Source: Candidatus Moraniibacteriota bacterium (GTDB lineage: Bacteria > Patescibacteriota > Minisyncoccia > Moranbacterales > GWC2-37-73). From it: a DNA stretch of 64,000 nucleotides. The notes under the pieces were generated by a model. That model did no database searches and had not been told where the DNA came from. It worked only from the letters and a program-made list of their open reading frames with translations. Made by a program: the position numbers and the translations under genes. The DNA lies in the NCBI GenBank assembly GCA_013336225.1, contig JAAXUC010000002.1, positions 74,634-138,633 of the forward strand. The letters run 5' to 3'. Below are positions 39,509 through 49,676 of the stretch, in pieces (the first letter of the stretch is position 1; each line of letters opens with the position of its first letter).

Positions 39509-40150
39509 ATGCAAAAAGAAAGAAATAAAATTATTTCAGGTTTTACACTCGTGGAAACATTGGTGGCACTTGCAATTTTCACCTTGGGAATTGCTGCGAC
39601 AGTGTTGGTTTTTTCCAAAACAATTAAAAATAAAGCCTATGCCTTGGAAATGGGTAAATCGTCCTTTGTTGTTTCTCGAAGTATGGGAGATTTGATTGGA
39701 TATTTGCGAAGAGTGAGACAATCTGACGCTGGTGCATATCCAATTGTCACTGCCAATAGCAATGAATTGGTTGTGTACTCAGATTATGATAAGGATGGAA
39801 AAACAGAAAGATTGCGCATTTCTTTGTCTGGTGGAAAAGTTTATTTGGAAATTCGCAGGCCATCTACAACTTTCCCTAAGACGTATGCTGCAGATTATGA
39901 ATCACCAATAGAATTGGCCAAGCAGATTGTAAATGACTCCATAAATGACCCGATGTTTTCATATTACAATAAAGATTATCCTGCTGATACAATCAATAAT
40001 CCAGTGGATGTCCCAGCAGATGTTTCACAGATTCGTTTGATAAAAATATTTTTGAAAATAAATATTGATCCAAATCGTGCACCAGACAACATCCAGCAAC
40101 AATCATTCGTTGAGCTTAGAAATCTTAATGATTATGATCGTATTTATTAA
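39509..40150 (+). CDS. Minor pilin (PilW-like)
   Basis: SG/FTLVETLVAL, V.LRN C-terminus. Confidence 0.85.
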   Translation: MQKERNKIISGFTLVETLVALAIFTLGIAATVLVFSKTIKNKAYALEMGKSSFVVSRSMGDLIGYLRRVRQSDAGAYPIVTANSNELVVYSDYDKDGKTERLRISLSGGKVYLEIRRPSTTFPKTYAADYESPIELAKQIVNDSINDPMFSYYNKDYPADTINNPVDVPADVSQIRLIKIFLKINIDPNRAPDNIQQQSFVELRNLNDYDRIY

Positions 40151-40161
40151 AATTGCTTATC

Positions 40162-41790
40162 ATGAAAAAAGGATCTCAAAAAAATATTAAAACAAGAAAG
40201 GGGAGTGCTCTTGTCTTTGCTTTGGTTACAGTGATTATTGCTGCTATGACACTCACTTCACTTTTGACATATATAAGTTCCCAATTGCATTTCAGCAGTG
40301 ATCGAGTTGAGAGGGAGCGGGCATTTCAAATTGCAGAAGCGGGCGCCTATTATTATCGTTGGTATCTTGCACATCAAATTGCTGGAAAAACTGCTGAGCA
40401 AATCAAGGATTTTTGGGAGGACACAAGTCCTTATCCATTGGGAGTGGATGCTCCTGTTGAAGTTGAGTATATGGATCCGGAGAGCAGTGCTATTGGAAAA
40501 TATATGTTGGAAGTTGTGAAGCCTGCACTTGGTTCGACCATTGTGATTGTGAAATCAACGGGTTGGACATATGCAAAACCATCAATCAAAAGAGTTGTTC
40601 AAGTCAGATTTAGACGTCCATCCTGGAGCGAGAACAGTGTGTTGGCTGACGATAATATGCGATTTGGTGAGGGAACAGTTGTGACTGGAAAAATTCATTC
40701 GAATAAAGGTATAAGATTTGACGGAGTGGCTAATAATATTATCTCAAGTTCCTTGGCGAGTTATGATGATCTTGATCATAATGACACTGGAGCTGAAAAG
40801 CTTGAATTTGGAGTGCACACACATGTCACTGCTCCTCCTGGTTCAGGCGTTGTTGACACTTATAGACCCTTGGAAGTTCCGCCTGCCGTGGTTGCTCCAC
40901 GCACAGATGTTTTTCAGGCAGGGAGAACATTTCCAGCACCTCAATTGGATTTCAATTCAGTTGTTTCAGACATCTCCTTTATGCGTTCTCAGGCCACCAT
41001 TAAATTTGATAACACTGGAAAGGGAAGACATATCAAATTAAAAACTGATGGTACGATGGATGTTGCATCAGTCAATTCTTACAGTCCATATGTTAATAGT
41101 TTCACAGGATCAAATGGAATTATTAATTATAGTGGAATAACCATTGGAGCTATTGGAGGTTTTCTTGCAACGAATGGTTTGCCATGTTCATCTTTTACTA
41201 ATGCTACAACATTTTGCAACACCGTAGCCACTTGCAATTGGATCTCCAATACTAATCATAATCGGGGAAAATGTTCAACCATGACAAATCATAGTATTCC
41301 AAATAACGGGATTGTTTTTGTGGCGAATAATATTTGGCTTGAGGGAACTGTTGACAACAAAAAAGTTTCTTTTGTGGCAGCTGAACTCATAGATGAGCCA
41401 GGATATACTGGAGGTGGAAAAAGTGTTTTTTTGGGAACTGGAAATCTGTTGTATGCAAATTCCAATGGGCTTGCAGATGGATCTGATATTATTGGGGTTA
41501 TCGCACAAAAAAATGTCGAGGTTATTGAAAACAGTTTGGACACGTTGACGCTCGATGGCGCATTCTTGGCTAAAGAGGGACGTGTTGGCAGGGAATATTA
41601 TGGCAATACTAGAAATACCATCACCGTTAATGGTTCAATTGCAACATATTCACGCTATGGTTTTGCGTATACTGATGGAACAGGGTATCAAAACCGCAAC
41701 ATTAATTTTGACAATAATTTGCTGTATTATCCTCCGCCATATTTTCCAACTGGCACTGAATATGCCATCGATCAGTGGGATGAACTGTAG
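40162..41790 (+). CDS. Large PilX-like pilin / tip adhesin candidate
   Basis: RKG/SALVFALV, AFQIAEAG..Y, beta-rich body, Cys-containing insert, D.NL...PPPYFP end. Confidence 0.8.
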   Translation: MKKGSQKNIKTRKGSALVFALVTVIIAAMTLTSLLTYISSQLHFSSDRVERERAFQIAEAGAYYYRWYLAHQIAGKTAEQIKDFWEDTSPYPLGVDAPVEVEYMDPESSAIGKYMLEVVKPALGSTIVIVKSTGWTYAKPSIKRVVQVRFRRPSWSENSVLADDNMRFGEGTVVTGKIHSNKGIRFDGVANNIISSSLASYDDLDHNDTGAEKLEFGVHTHVTAPPGSGVVDTYRPLEVPPAVVAPRTDVFQAGRTFPAPQLDFNSVVSDISFMRSQATIKFDNTGKGRHIKLKTDGTMDVASVNSYSPYVNSFTGSNGIINYSGITIGAIGGFLATNGLPCSSFTNATTFCNTVATCNWISNTNHNRGKCSTMTNHSIPNNGIVFVANNIWLEGTVDNKKVSFVAAELIDEPGYTGGGKSVFLGTGNLLYANSNGLADGSDIIGVIAQKNVEVIENSLDTLTLDGAFLAKEGRVGREYYGNTRNTITVNGSIATYSRYGFAYTDGTGYQNRNINFDNNLLYYPPPYFPTGTEYAIDQWDEL

Positions 41791-41942
41791 AAAAGTTTGT
41801 ATGATGTGGCTTGTGTGTTGTATACTGGATAGAGAATTGAAAACAGAAATAAAAGTAGCAATATAAAAATACAAAAGCAAATTGAATTGTTTAGTGCTGG
41901 CATAGATGCTTTGTGCTTGATGATTCGTGTTGCATAATCTTA

Positions 41943-43034
41943 ATGAGTTTTCTCAATAGAAAAATATTTAATAAGAATTGGGATGTCTTTGGCTTGGACC
42001 TTAGCGATTTGTCGGTTAAGGCTGTTATGCTTGAAAGTAACGGCACCTGTGAATATGTTGCCAGCTATGGCTCAGTCGCTTTTCCTGGTGGCTGCGTCAA
42101 TGAAGGAGAGATTTTGCAAAAAGAGCAAGTTGTTGCAGCCATTAAAAAAGTTATTGCCCTGGCTGGTCCTGAAAAAATAAAAACCAAAAAAGTCATCTGC
42201 TCTTTGCCTGAAACCAAGGCATTCTTGCGTATTGTTTCCATTCCAATGATGGATGATTCTGAGTTGAATGAGGCAGTGAAGTGGGAGATGGAAGCAAATA
42301 TTCCGCTTCCATTGGAGCAAGTGTATTATGATTGGCAGATAATTCCAGAAACTTTATTGTTGGAAAAAAATAAGATAAATTTGATTGTGGTTGCCATCGC
42401 CAAATCGGTGGTCGATCAAACGTTGGAAGTGCTTGCCTTGGCAGGACTTGATCCTGTCAGTCTGGAAATCGAATCAATAGCACAGGCTAGGAGTCTACTC
42501 TTGGAGAAAGATGAAAAAGCCACTGTGTTGGTGGTCGACATCGGTGACAGAAGAACCAGTCTTTCAATCACCAAGGGTGGTGTGCCATGTTTCACTTCCA
42601 GCATTCCACTATGTGGACAGTCACTCACGGATGTGATTTCCAAAGGAATGAATATTTCATTTGATCAAGCTGAAAAAGTTAAAATTTCCTATGGTATCGG
42701 TGATGCTTTCAAAAACGATGCTCTTTTCAAGGCTGTCACGCCAATTTTGGAAAATCTGGCACAGGAAATTGAGCGTTCAATAGATTTTTATGTGACAGGG
42801 CTTAAATATTCCGAGAGTGTGGATAAGATCATCATCTGTGGCGGCGGCGCAAACACCAAGGGTTTGGTGCCATATTTATCAAAAAAAATAGGTAGGGAAA
42901 TAGTGTTGGGCAACCCTTGGGTTAACATGAAGTTGGGCAAGACATTGCCTATAATTGAAAAGACTCAATCATTGCAATATTCAACAGCAATTGGACTCGC
43001 ATTAAAAGGTTTATATTATGAAGATATATCTTGA
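41943..43034 (+). CDS. pilM: Type IV pilus assembly protein PilM
   Basis: FGLDLS..SVK, IP.PLE.VY.DW, VVDIG, ICGGGA, AIGLAL. Confidence 0.95.
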   Translation: MSFLNRKIFNKNWDVFGLDLSDLSVKAVMLESNGTCEYVASYGSVAFPGGCVNEGEILQKEQVVAAIKKVIALAGPEKIKTKKVICSLPETKAFLRIVSIPMMDDSELNEAVKWEMEANIPLPLEQVYYDWQIIPETLLLEKNKINLIVVAIAKSVVDQTLEVLALAGLDPVSLEIESIAQARSLLLEKDEKATVLVVDIGDRRTSLSITKGGVPCFTSSIPLCGQSLTDVISKGMNISFDQAEKVKISYGIGDAFKNDALFKAVTPILENLAQEIERSIDFYVTGLKYSESVDKIIICGGGANTKGLVPYLSKKIGREIVLGNPWVNMKLGKTLPIIEKTQSLQYSTAIGLALKGLYYEDIS

Positions 43035-43572
43035 TTTGTTGCCAAAAGAAATAAAGACTGAACTCAAACGAAAAAAAAGATTTCGACGAATTTTACATGA
43101 GGAATTTTTGTTTTTACTTCCACTCGTCTTGTTTATTGTGATTTTGGGCAATATCTATTATTTGCTCATGCTTAGTCATAACACTTCCGTGGCAGCAAAA
43201 TCACAAGCTGAATCTCAGGACAAATATCAAGAGCTCAGTTCCTATGAGAAAAAATTCAAAGAAGTTAATGACAATTCAGCCAAATTGCTTAAAATTCAAT
43301 CTTTGCATTTATATTGGGCCAATATTTTCAATAAGGTTGGTACCATACTCCCAGATGGAATCTCAATAACAAATTTTTCAACTAAAGATTTTCAGATATT
43401 TTTGGTTGGAAAAGCCAGGAATCGCGACACCCTCTTGAATTTTAAGGCTGCACTTGAATCTGAAACATGTTTTGCAAATATCAATGTTCCACTGTCAAAT
43501 CTTGTTGTTAAGGAAAATATTGATTTTCAGATGGACTTAACCATAAATAAAGACTGCCTAAAGAAACAATAA
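43018..43572 (+). CDS. pilN: PilN-like protein
   Basis: I.LDLLP N-terminus, TM, coiled coil, LPDGI.I...G.A. Confidence 0.8.
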   Translation: MKIYLDLLPKEIKTELKRKKRFRRILHEEFLFLLPLVLFIVILGNIYYLLMLSHNTSVAAKSQAESQDKYQELSSYEKKFKEVNDNSAKLLKIQSLHLYWANIFNKVGTILPDGISITNFSTKDFQIFLVGKARNRDTLLNFKAALESETCFANINVPLSNLVVKENIDFQMDLTINKDCLKKQ

Positions 43573-43574
43573 AA

Positions 43575-44258
43575 ATGAAGAATTTTTTCCATAAACAACG
43601 TGAAATAATAGCAGTTTTGTCATTTGTGGCGATCGCTGCTGGTCTTGTTTATTTCGTGATTATGCCACTTATTGCACGCATCAGTGGAATCAATGATCAA
43701 ATTCAACAAGAAGTCATGAAACAAGAAGGTGTGAAAATGCAGATTGAACAATTGCCGAAAGTGCAAAAGCAATATCAAGCTTTGCAAGAAGGTGGTGATT
43801 TGGCAAATGTTTTTTTGGATCAAAATAAGGCGGTGGAGCTGATTGAAAGATTGGAAAAGCTGGCTGAGATCACAAACAATGTCATAACCATAGCTGTGCA
43901 AGAGAAAGCTCCTGAGGTTGCCAAGAAAACGACTTCCAGAAGCAGTGCGCCAACCGAAGAAACACTCATTTCGGGATTGCCAAGCCCTAATTATCTGCAG
44001 ATGAAAATAACTTTGATTGGGAATTATGATTCCATTGTTTCATTCATTGATGCTCTTGAAAAGTTTGAATATTATGCAGATATTGTGGCAATTCAGATGA
44101 ATAAGAATGATGAAGCTGACACTAGTTTTTCCGTTTCAAATATTGGGATGTTTGGCGTAGCAATGCCAAATGCGGCAGCAACACCTGAAGTGCAGCCGGT
44201 AATCATAAAAAATAGTGATGTGAAAGCTGTCATTGATAGTGTATTTTATACGAATTAA
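43575..44258 (+). CDS. pilO: PilO-like protein
   Basis: TM, coiled coil, GNYDSI..FI..LE. Confidence 0.75.
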   Translation: MKNFFHKQREIIAVLSFVAIAAGLVYFVIMPLIARISGINDQIQQEVMKQEGVKMQIEQLPKVQKQYQALQEGGDLANVFLDQNKAVELIERLEKLAEITNNVITIAVQEKAPEVAKKTTSRSSAPTEETLISGLPSPNYLQMKITLIGNYDSIVSFIDALEKFEYYADIVAIQMNKNDEADTSFSVSNIGMFGVAMPNAAATPEVQPVIIKNSDVKAVIDSVFYTN

Positions 44259-44271
44259 CCATTTCTTATAT

Positions 44272-44592
44272 ATGAAATTTGATTTCAAAATTGGTTCAAA
44301 ATCAAAAAAACCGTTGCTTCCCGCGATTGGTTTATTCTGGCAAAAAATTTATAAAATTATTTTTCTCATCTTTTTACTTATTGCTCTTGCTCTTGGTTGG
44401 TATGTTTGGCACACCAGCTTGTCGGGAGGAGAGTGGAGTGCTGAAAAAAAGCAAGAGTATTTGAATTCACAGACTAAAGGCGTGGTTTTCAATGAAAATA
44501 ATTTCAAAAAAGTACTGCTGGATATTGAAGAAAGAAAACAATATGTCGTCAGCGATGATCAAACAAAAAAAGATATTTTTAAGAGTTACTAG
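44272..44592 (+). CDS. Small membrane protein closing the pil operon
   Basis: 106 aa, one TM, follows pilO. Confidence 0.7.
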   Translation: MKFDFKIGSKSKKPLLPAIGLFWQKIYKIIFLIFLLIALALGWYVWHTSLSGGEWSAEKKQEYLNSQTKGVVFNENNFKKVLLDIEERKQYVVSDDQTKKDIFKSY

Positions 44593-44647
44593 CTGGATAT
44601 CGCGGACAGGTGGAATAAATAATGTCAGGATGCGTATCAATGAATGT

Positions 44648-45250
44648 ATGATTATAGCAGACGAAGAGCTGATTAAAAATTTTTTGGAAAAGGATGATGA
44701 AAAAGCACTTGAAGTGCTTATTTTACGCTATTTAAAGCCGCTATATAATTTTGTTCTGCAATTGACGGGCGATGGAAAAGCAGCTGAAGACATTGTGCAG
44801 GAGGTTTTTGTGAAAGTCTGGAAAAAAGCGGACTCTTTCGATTTGGATAAGAAATTCTCAACTTGGATTTATGCCATTGCCAAAAACGCAACTTTTGATC
44901 ACTTTAAAAAGAAAAAAACTTTGCCATTTGCTGCTTTTGAAAATGAGGACGGAACAAATGCTCTGGAAAATATTGAAGATCAAGCGATTTTGCATCCCAA
45001 TGCTTTGCTGGAAAGAATGGATGACGTTAGAAATGTTCATGAATTGTTGAACACACTTTCACCGAAACTGAAAACCATTCTACTTTTGCATCATAAACAA
45101 GGTTTTTCCTTGGTGGAAATCGCTGAAATTTTGGGCACTCCTTCAAACACGATCAAAAGCAATTATCGTCGCGCACTTATTTTTTTGAAAAAAACTTCTT
45201 CTCTGGGCAGTGCAAATGAAGATGCACCCAGAACGATCCCTGCTGCGTAA
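44648..45250 (+). CDS. ECF RNA polymerase sigma factor
   Basis: AEDIVQEVFVKVW, FSTWIYAIAKN, EIAEILG.P.NTIKS; start uncertain (44630 or 44648). Confidence 0.93.
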   Translation: MIIADEELIKNFLEKDDEKALEVLILRYLKPLYNFVLQLTGDGKAAEDIVQEVFVKVWKKADSFDLDKKFSTWIYAIAKNATFDHFKKKKTLPFAAFENEDGTNALENIEDQAILHPNALLERMDDVRNVHELLNTLSPKLKTILLLHHKQGFSLVEIAEILGTPSNTIKSNYRRALIFLKKTSSLGSANEDAPRTIPAA

Positions 45251-45257
45251 TACAAGC

Positions 45258-45680
45258 ATGGACAATAATTCAGATGAAATCACTAATAGTATTGTTGAGA
45301 TTGATCCGCCCAAGCACCTTGCGCAAGCGGTTTTTAGTCGTATTGCAAGAGAAAAAGCCAGGAGAATTTCCAGAAAGATTTTGTGGCTGCGCATCGGCTT
45401 TATTGTTTCTGGAATTTTGAGCATTGCCGCGCTGGGTGTTTTTGGCAAAATCATTTTGACATCAGAGTTTTCCATACTGCTTTCCTTGATCTTTTCTGAC
45501 CTGAAAACAGTTTTGATTGTATGGCAGGACTATGTGATATCGTTGCTGGAAACATTCCCAGTCATATCGGTTGTAGCGACGTTGTCTCCGTTTTTTGTTT
45601 TTCTGTTGCTAATTAAGCAATATGCGAAATTGGAAAGTGATCAGCAAATAAAAACAATACGTTTGTCATTCCGGACTTGA
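45258..45680 (+). CDS. Membrane protein, putative anti-sigma factor
   Basis: EIDPP..L...V..RI N-terminus plus TMs; stop codon lies inside the family C repeat. Confidence 0.65.
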   Translation: MDNNSDEITNSIVEIDPPKHLAQAVFSRIAREKARRISRKILWLRIGFIVSGILSIAALGVFGKIILTSEFSILLSLIFSDLKTVLIVWQDYVISLLETFPVISVVATLSPFFVFLLLIKQYAKLESDQQIKTIRLSFRT

Positions 45681-45746
45681 TCCGGAATCCAGTTTTAGTA
45701 CCTTGGGCTGGCAAAGTTCTGGATTCCCGCTTTCGCGGGAATGACA
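45664..45746. repeat. Repeat family C, copy 2
   Basis: TGTCATTCCGGACTTGATCCGGAATCCAG...CTGGATTCCCGCTTTCGCGGGAATGACA. Confidence 0.9.
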
Positions 45747-45775
45747 GGTAAAATAATAAATTTTCTGAAAAACAT

Positions 45776-46279
45776 ATGAATGAACTAAAAAAAATAACTG
45801 AATCAAAATATTTCATGTTAGTCCTGGGCACATCGGGTTTTTTAATTGCAGCGCTGATTATTTTTGCAGCGGGTGTGCACGTTGGGGAGCATCGCGCCAA
45901 ATATTCCTATCAATGGGGAGATAATTATCAGCGCAATTTTGTGGATGGTCCAAGGGAGATGATGGATGGACCGCGAGGCAGACCTGAAAGCATTGGACCT
46001 ATGGGTGCAGTGCCTGGTTTTGAAGGTCGTGGTTTTCGCAATGGTCATGGTGTTGCTGGCTTGATAACTTCAATTGCTGACAACAATATCATGATCAAGG
46101 ATCCAAGTGGCAAGGAAAACACCATTGCAGTCAATGATAAGACCCTCATTAAAATGGGTCAAAATGATATCAAGATTACAGACTTGAAAAATGATGAGAA
46201 TATTGTGGTGATTGGCAGGCCAGGCGATAATGGCATGATTAATGCGGACTTGATTCGTGTCTTTGAAGGATTGAAATAA
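45776..46279 (+). CDS. Membrane-anchored protein with OB-fold-like (DUF5666-like) domain
   Basis: TM, Gly/Arg/Pro/Met linker, G.I.SI....I.V...T.I....DLK....VVIG. Confidence 0.7.
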   Translation: MNELKKITESKYFMLVLGTSGFLIAALIIFAAGVHVGEHRAKYSYQWGDNYQRNFVDGPREMMDGPRGRPESIGPMGAVPGFEGRGFRNGHGVAGLITSIADNNIMIKDPSGKENTIAVNDKTLIKMGQNDIKITDLKNDENIVVIGRPGDNGMINADLIRVFEGLK

Positions 46280-46285
46280 TATTGT

Positions 46286-46394
46286 CCTGCACCAATTCCG
46301 AAATTTATTTTGCTGTGAATTTCTGAATGATGAGCGGAAACGCCTTCGGCTTAGTGGTATATAATTTAAAAGTTTAATAAAGAATTGGTGCAGG
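46286..46394. repeat. 109-bp element with 13-bp perfect terminal inverted repeats
   Basis: CCTGCACCAATTC...GAATTGGTGCAGG. Confidence 0.65.
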
Positions 46395-46435
46395 GATGCT
46401 CATTTTTGATAGCTTCTCGTACCTCGAAGACAAAA

Positions 46436-47608
46436 ATGGCAAATTATTGGAAAAAACACAAAGGACAAATTATTTTTATTTTACTGCTAATTATTGCTGG
46501 GGGCTATTATTGGTATGATAAATCACAGCAAACAACTGCTGTGATTAAATATAAAACAAAAGCAGCTGAAAATGGCAGCTTGGTGATTTCCGTTGCCGGC
46601 AGTGGCAATGTGGTTGTCGATCAGCTTGCAACAGTTGACCCAATCATCACTGGTACGGTTTCAAATTTAACAGTCAAAGTTGGAGACAATGTGCAGAAGG
46701 GTGCAACTTTGTTTACGATTATTAATAATGATTTGACGGTAAGCAATGATAAGTCAGCAGTTTCTTTGCAGCAAGCAAAAAATTCAATTGATTCTGCTGA
46801 GCTTGCAGTCAAGCAAGCAAAAGTCGAGCGAGAAGATGCAAAGGATGACGACAATGTTTCTTCTGATCAAAAAAAGATTTTGGATAAAAAAATAATTATT
46901 GCTAAAAATGGCTTGGTTTCAGCTCAAAAAAATTATGCTGCAACCTTGGCTGATTATAATAATCAGTTGGATAATGGAGCAAAGAGAACAGTAACTTCTC
47001 CAATAGATGGCACGGTGAGTGCTATCAATGTGAAAAATGGCGATGATTTGAGCAGGCTTTCTGCTAATAGTTCAAGCAGCGCCCCAATCATTATTGGCGA
47101 TCTCAAAACTCTTAAAGCACAAGTATCAGTCAATGAAGTTGATATTCCAAATGTTGCCATTGGTCAAAAAGTGATGATGAAATTTGGGGCTGTCGATAGT
47201 TTGAACATTTCAGGCAAGGTTGAAAAAATTGATGCACTTGGAACGCTTGCACAAGGTGTGGTCACATATAATGTGACCGTTAGTTTCGACAGTATCGATG
47301 CTCGTATTCGTCCGCAAATGAGCGTTTCTGCAAAAATCATCACTCAAATCAAACAAGACGTGATCACTGTTTCTAATGGCGCGCTGAAAACCCAAGGAAA
47401 TTCAACCTATATTGAGGTTTTGAAAGATGGTGCAGCTACTCCAGAAAAGCGGACAATCGAAATTGGAGCAGCAAACAACACTGACACCGAAATAGTTAGT
47501 GGAATAAGTGTTGGCGACAATGTTGTTGTGCAAACCATCAATCTAAATGCTAAAGCCACCACCACAAAAAGCACCGGATTCCCTGGGCTTGGTGGTGGAA
47601 GAGGATAG
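46436..47608 (+). CDS. MacA-like membrane fusion/adaptor protein
   Basis: G.V..L.VKVGD.V.KG, SPIDGTV, VNEVDI..V..GQ. Confidence 0.9.
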   Translation: MANYWKKHKGQIIFILLLIIAGGYYWYDKSQQTTAVIKYKTKAAENGSLVISVAGSGNVVVDQLATVDPIITGTVSNLTVKVGDNVQKGATLFTIINNDLTVSNDKSAVSLQQAKNSIDSAELAVKQAKVEREDAKDDDNVSSDQKKILDKKIIIAKNGLVSAQKNYAATLADYNNQLDNGAKRTVTSPIDGTVSAINVKNGDDLSRLSANSSSSAPIIIGDLKTLKAQVSVNEVDIPNVAIGQKVMMKFGAVDSLNISGKVEKIDALGTLAQGVVTYNVTVSFDSIDARIRPQMSVSAKIITQIKQDVITVSNGALKTQGNSTYIEVLKDGAATPEKRTIEIGAANNTDTEIVSGISVGDNVVVQTINLNAKATTTKSTGFPGLGGGRG

Positions 47609-47676
47609 TGAGCCGATACGAAACTACGAACAATTAATTTTTTCGGATGTGCGCTTTCGTAGCGCGTTATCATACT

Positions 47677-48363
47677 ATGATTGAATGTAAAAATTTGTCG
47701 AAAATTTATCAAAGTGGTGACATGCAAACAGTTGCCTTGAATGATGTTTCATTTAGCATTGAAAAAGGCGAGTTTGTGGCAATTATTGGTCCTTCTGGCT
47801 CAGGAAAATCAACTCTGATGCATATTCTTGGCGCGCTGGATTCACCAACCAAGGGAGAATATTTTCTGGATGGACAAGAAGTTTCCAAATTGGATGATGA
47901 TGAACTCTCGCAGCTTAGAAGAGATAAGATCGGTTTTGTTTTTCAAGCTTTCAATCTTTTGCCGCGTACCACTGTGCTTAGAAATGTGATGTTGCCATTG
48001 CTTTATTCCGACACAACAGATCAGCAGCGAGAGGACAGAGCAAAAGCATGCTTGGCTTATGCTGGCATGGAAGAATCAAAATTTCTCAATCTTTCCAATC
48101 AGCTTTCAGGAGGACAGATGCAGCGCGTGGCCATTGCACGGTCCTTAATTAATAATCCTGCAATTATTTTAGCAGATGAACCGACTGGAAATTTGGACAC
48201 CAAAACAAGCCAAGTTGTGATGAAAGCTTTTCAGGAATTGAATCAGAAAGGGCACACTATAGTTTTAATTACACATGAACAGGAAATAGCAGCCTTTGCG
48301 GAGCGGGTGATCTCAATTCGCGATGGAATAATTGAGAGTGATATTAAAAATACAAAAAAATGA
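47677..48363 (+). CDS. MacB/LolD-type ABC ATPase
   Basis: [35 protein letters not shown]. Confidence 0.95.
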   Translation: MIECKNLSKIYQSGDMQTVALNDVSFSIEKGEFVAIIGPSGSGKSTLMHILGALDSPTKGEYFLDGQEVSKLDDDELSQLRRDKIGFVFQAFNLLPRTTVLRNVMLPLLYSDTTDQQREDRAKACLAYAGMEESKFLNLSNQLSGGQMQRVAIARSLINNPAIILADEPTGNLDTKTSQVVMKAFQELNQKGHTIVLITHEQEIAAFAERVISIRDGIIESDIKNTKK

Positions 48364-49580
48364 TTATAACGGATATTTTAAAAGAAACTTCCTGGTCACT
48401 TTCTGCCAACAAGGTTCGCAGCGGTTTGACAATTTTGGGAATCGTCATTGGAATTGCTTCTGTGATCACAATGGTTGCAATTGGGCAAGGCGCACAAGCA
48501 TCAATTGCCAGCAGCATTCAATCCATTGGATCAAACTTGATTATTGTCAGACCTGGCGCACAAAAAAGTGGCGGGGTGAGTAGTGGCGCGGGTAGTAGTG
48601 CAACACTTACGAATGATGATGCCAGCGCAATTAAAAATGAAATTGCCAATATTGCTGCTGTGGCGCCCGAAGATTCCAAGCGAGCGCAAGTCACAGCAAA
48701 AGGCACGAACACTAACACACAAATCGTGGGAACAGTCGCTGACTATGCAGTCGTGCGCAGTATTGTAATGGAATCAGGAACGTTTGTCACTGAAAATGCT
48801 GTAAAAGCCAATGCCAAAGTTGCCGTGCTTGGCGCAACCACGCGCGATGATTTGTTCGGAGCTGGCAGTGATCCGGTGGGAAAAATTATTCGCATTAAAA
48901 ATGTGGATTTTGATGTCATTGGGGTGACTGTTGCCAAGGGTGGATCTGGATTTACAAACCCAGATGATAGTATTTATATTCCTATCACAAGTTCACAGCA
49001 TTTCATCACGGGCAATACTTTTGTAAGTACAATAAGTGTTGCTGCAAGTGACCAAAGCTCGATGGCTGATGTCCAAAACAATATTTCTGACTTGCTGCTC
49101 AAGCGCCACAATATTTCAGATCCAGAGCAAGCAGATTTCAGTCTGACAAATCAGGCTGATATTATTGCAACTGCTTCAAGCATCACGGGAACATTCACAA
49201 TCCTGCTATCTTCTATTGCTGGGATATCTTTGCTGGTAGGAGGCATAGGAATTATGAACATGATGCTCACCACTGTGACGGAAAGAACGCGCGAAATTGG
49301 ACTTCGTAAAGCCGTTGGCATCAAGAAAGCCTATATCAATATGCAATTTTTGGCAGAAGCGGTGGCACTGACATTTTTTGGAGGATTTTTGGGGGTGGTG
49401 TTGGGCTGGGGAGCATCACTGCTGGTTTCCAAGCTCGTGCCTTCACTGACAACTCAAGTTTCAATGTCTTCAGTCTTGTTGGCTTTTGGTGTCTCGACTG
49501 CGGTCGGAATTGTTTTTGGTTTTTATCCAGCACGCCGCGCGGCAAATTTGAGTCCCATGGAGGCACTCCGATATGAATAG
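48360..49580 (+). CDS. MacB/FtsX-type ABC permease
   Basis: RS.LT.LGIVIGIASV, GGIGIMN.M...V.ERTREIG.RKAVG, PARRAA.L.P.EALRYE. Confidence 0.95.
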   Translation: MIITDILKETSWSLSANKVRSGLTILGIVIGIASVITMVAIGQGAQASIASSIQSIGSNLIIVRPGAQKSGGVSSGAGSSATLTNDDASAIKNEIANIAAVAPEDSKRAQVTAKGTNTNTQIVGTVADYAVVRSIVMESGTFVTENAVKANAKVAVLGATTRDDLFGAGSDPVGKIIRIKNVDFDVIGVTVAKGGSGFTNPDDSIYIPITSSQHFITGNTFVSTISVAASDQSSMADVQNNISDLLLKRHNISDPEQADFSLTNQADIIATASSITGTFTILLSSIAGISLLVGGIGIMNMMLTTVTERTREIGLRKAVGIKKAYINMQFLAEAVALTFFGGFLGVVLGWGASLLVSKLVPSLTTQVSMSSVLLAFGVSTAVGIVFGFYPARRAANLSPMEALRYE

Positions 49581-49676
49581 AAATGTTATATGAAAAGTGG
49601 TATGAAAAAATGGTTGCAAGAGGGCAATCATTTTTTTGTTTGACTAACATGAATATTTGTATGATGATTTGGATAT

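Noticed and set aside
44492-44647. Long N-terminal extension of the ECF sigma factor
   Set aside because: Overlaps the upstream gene by about 100 bp; sigma homology starts near 44648
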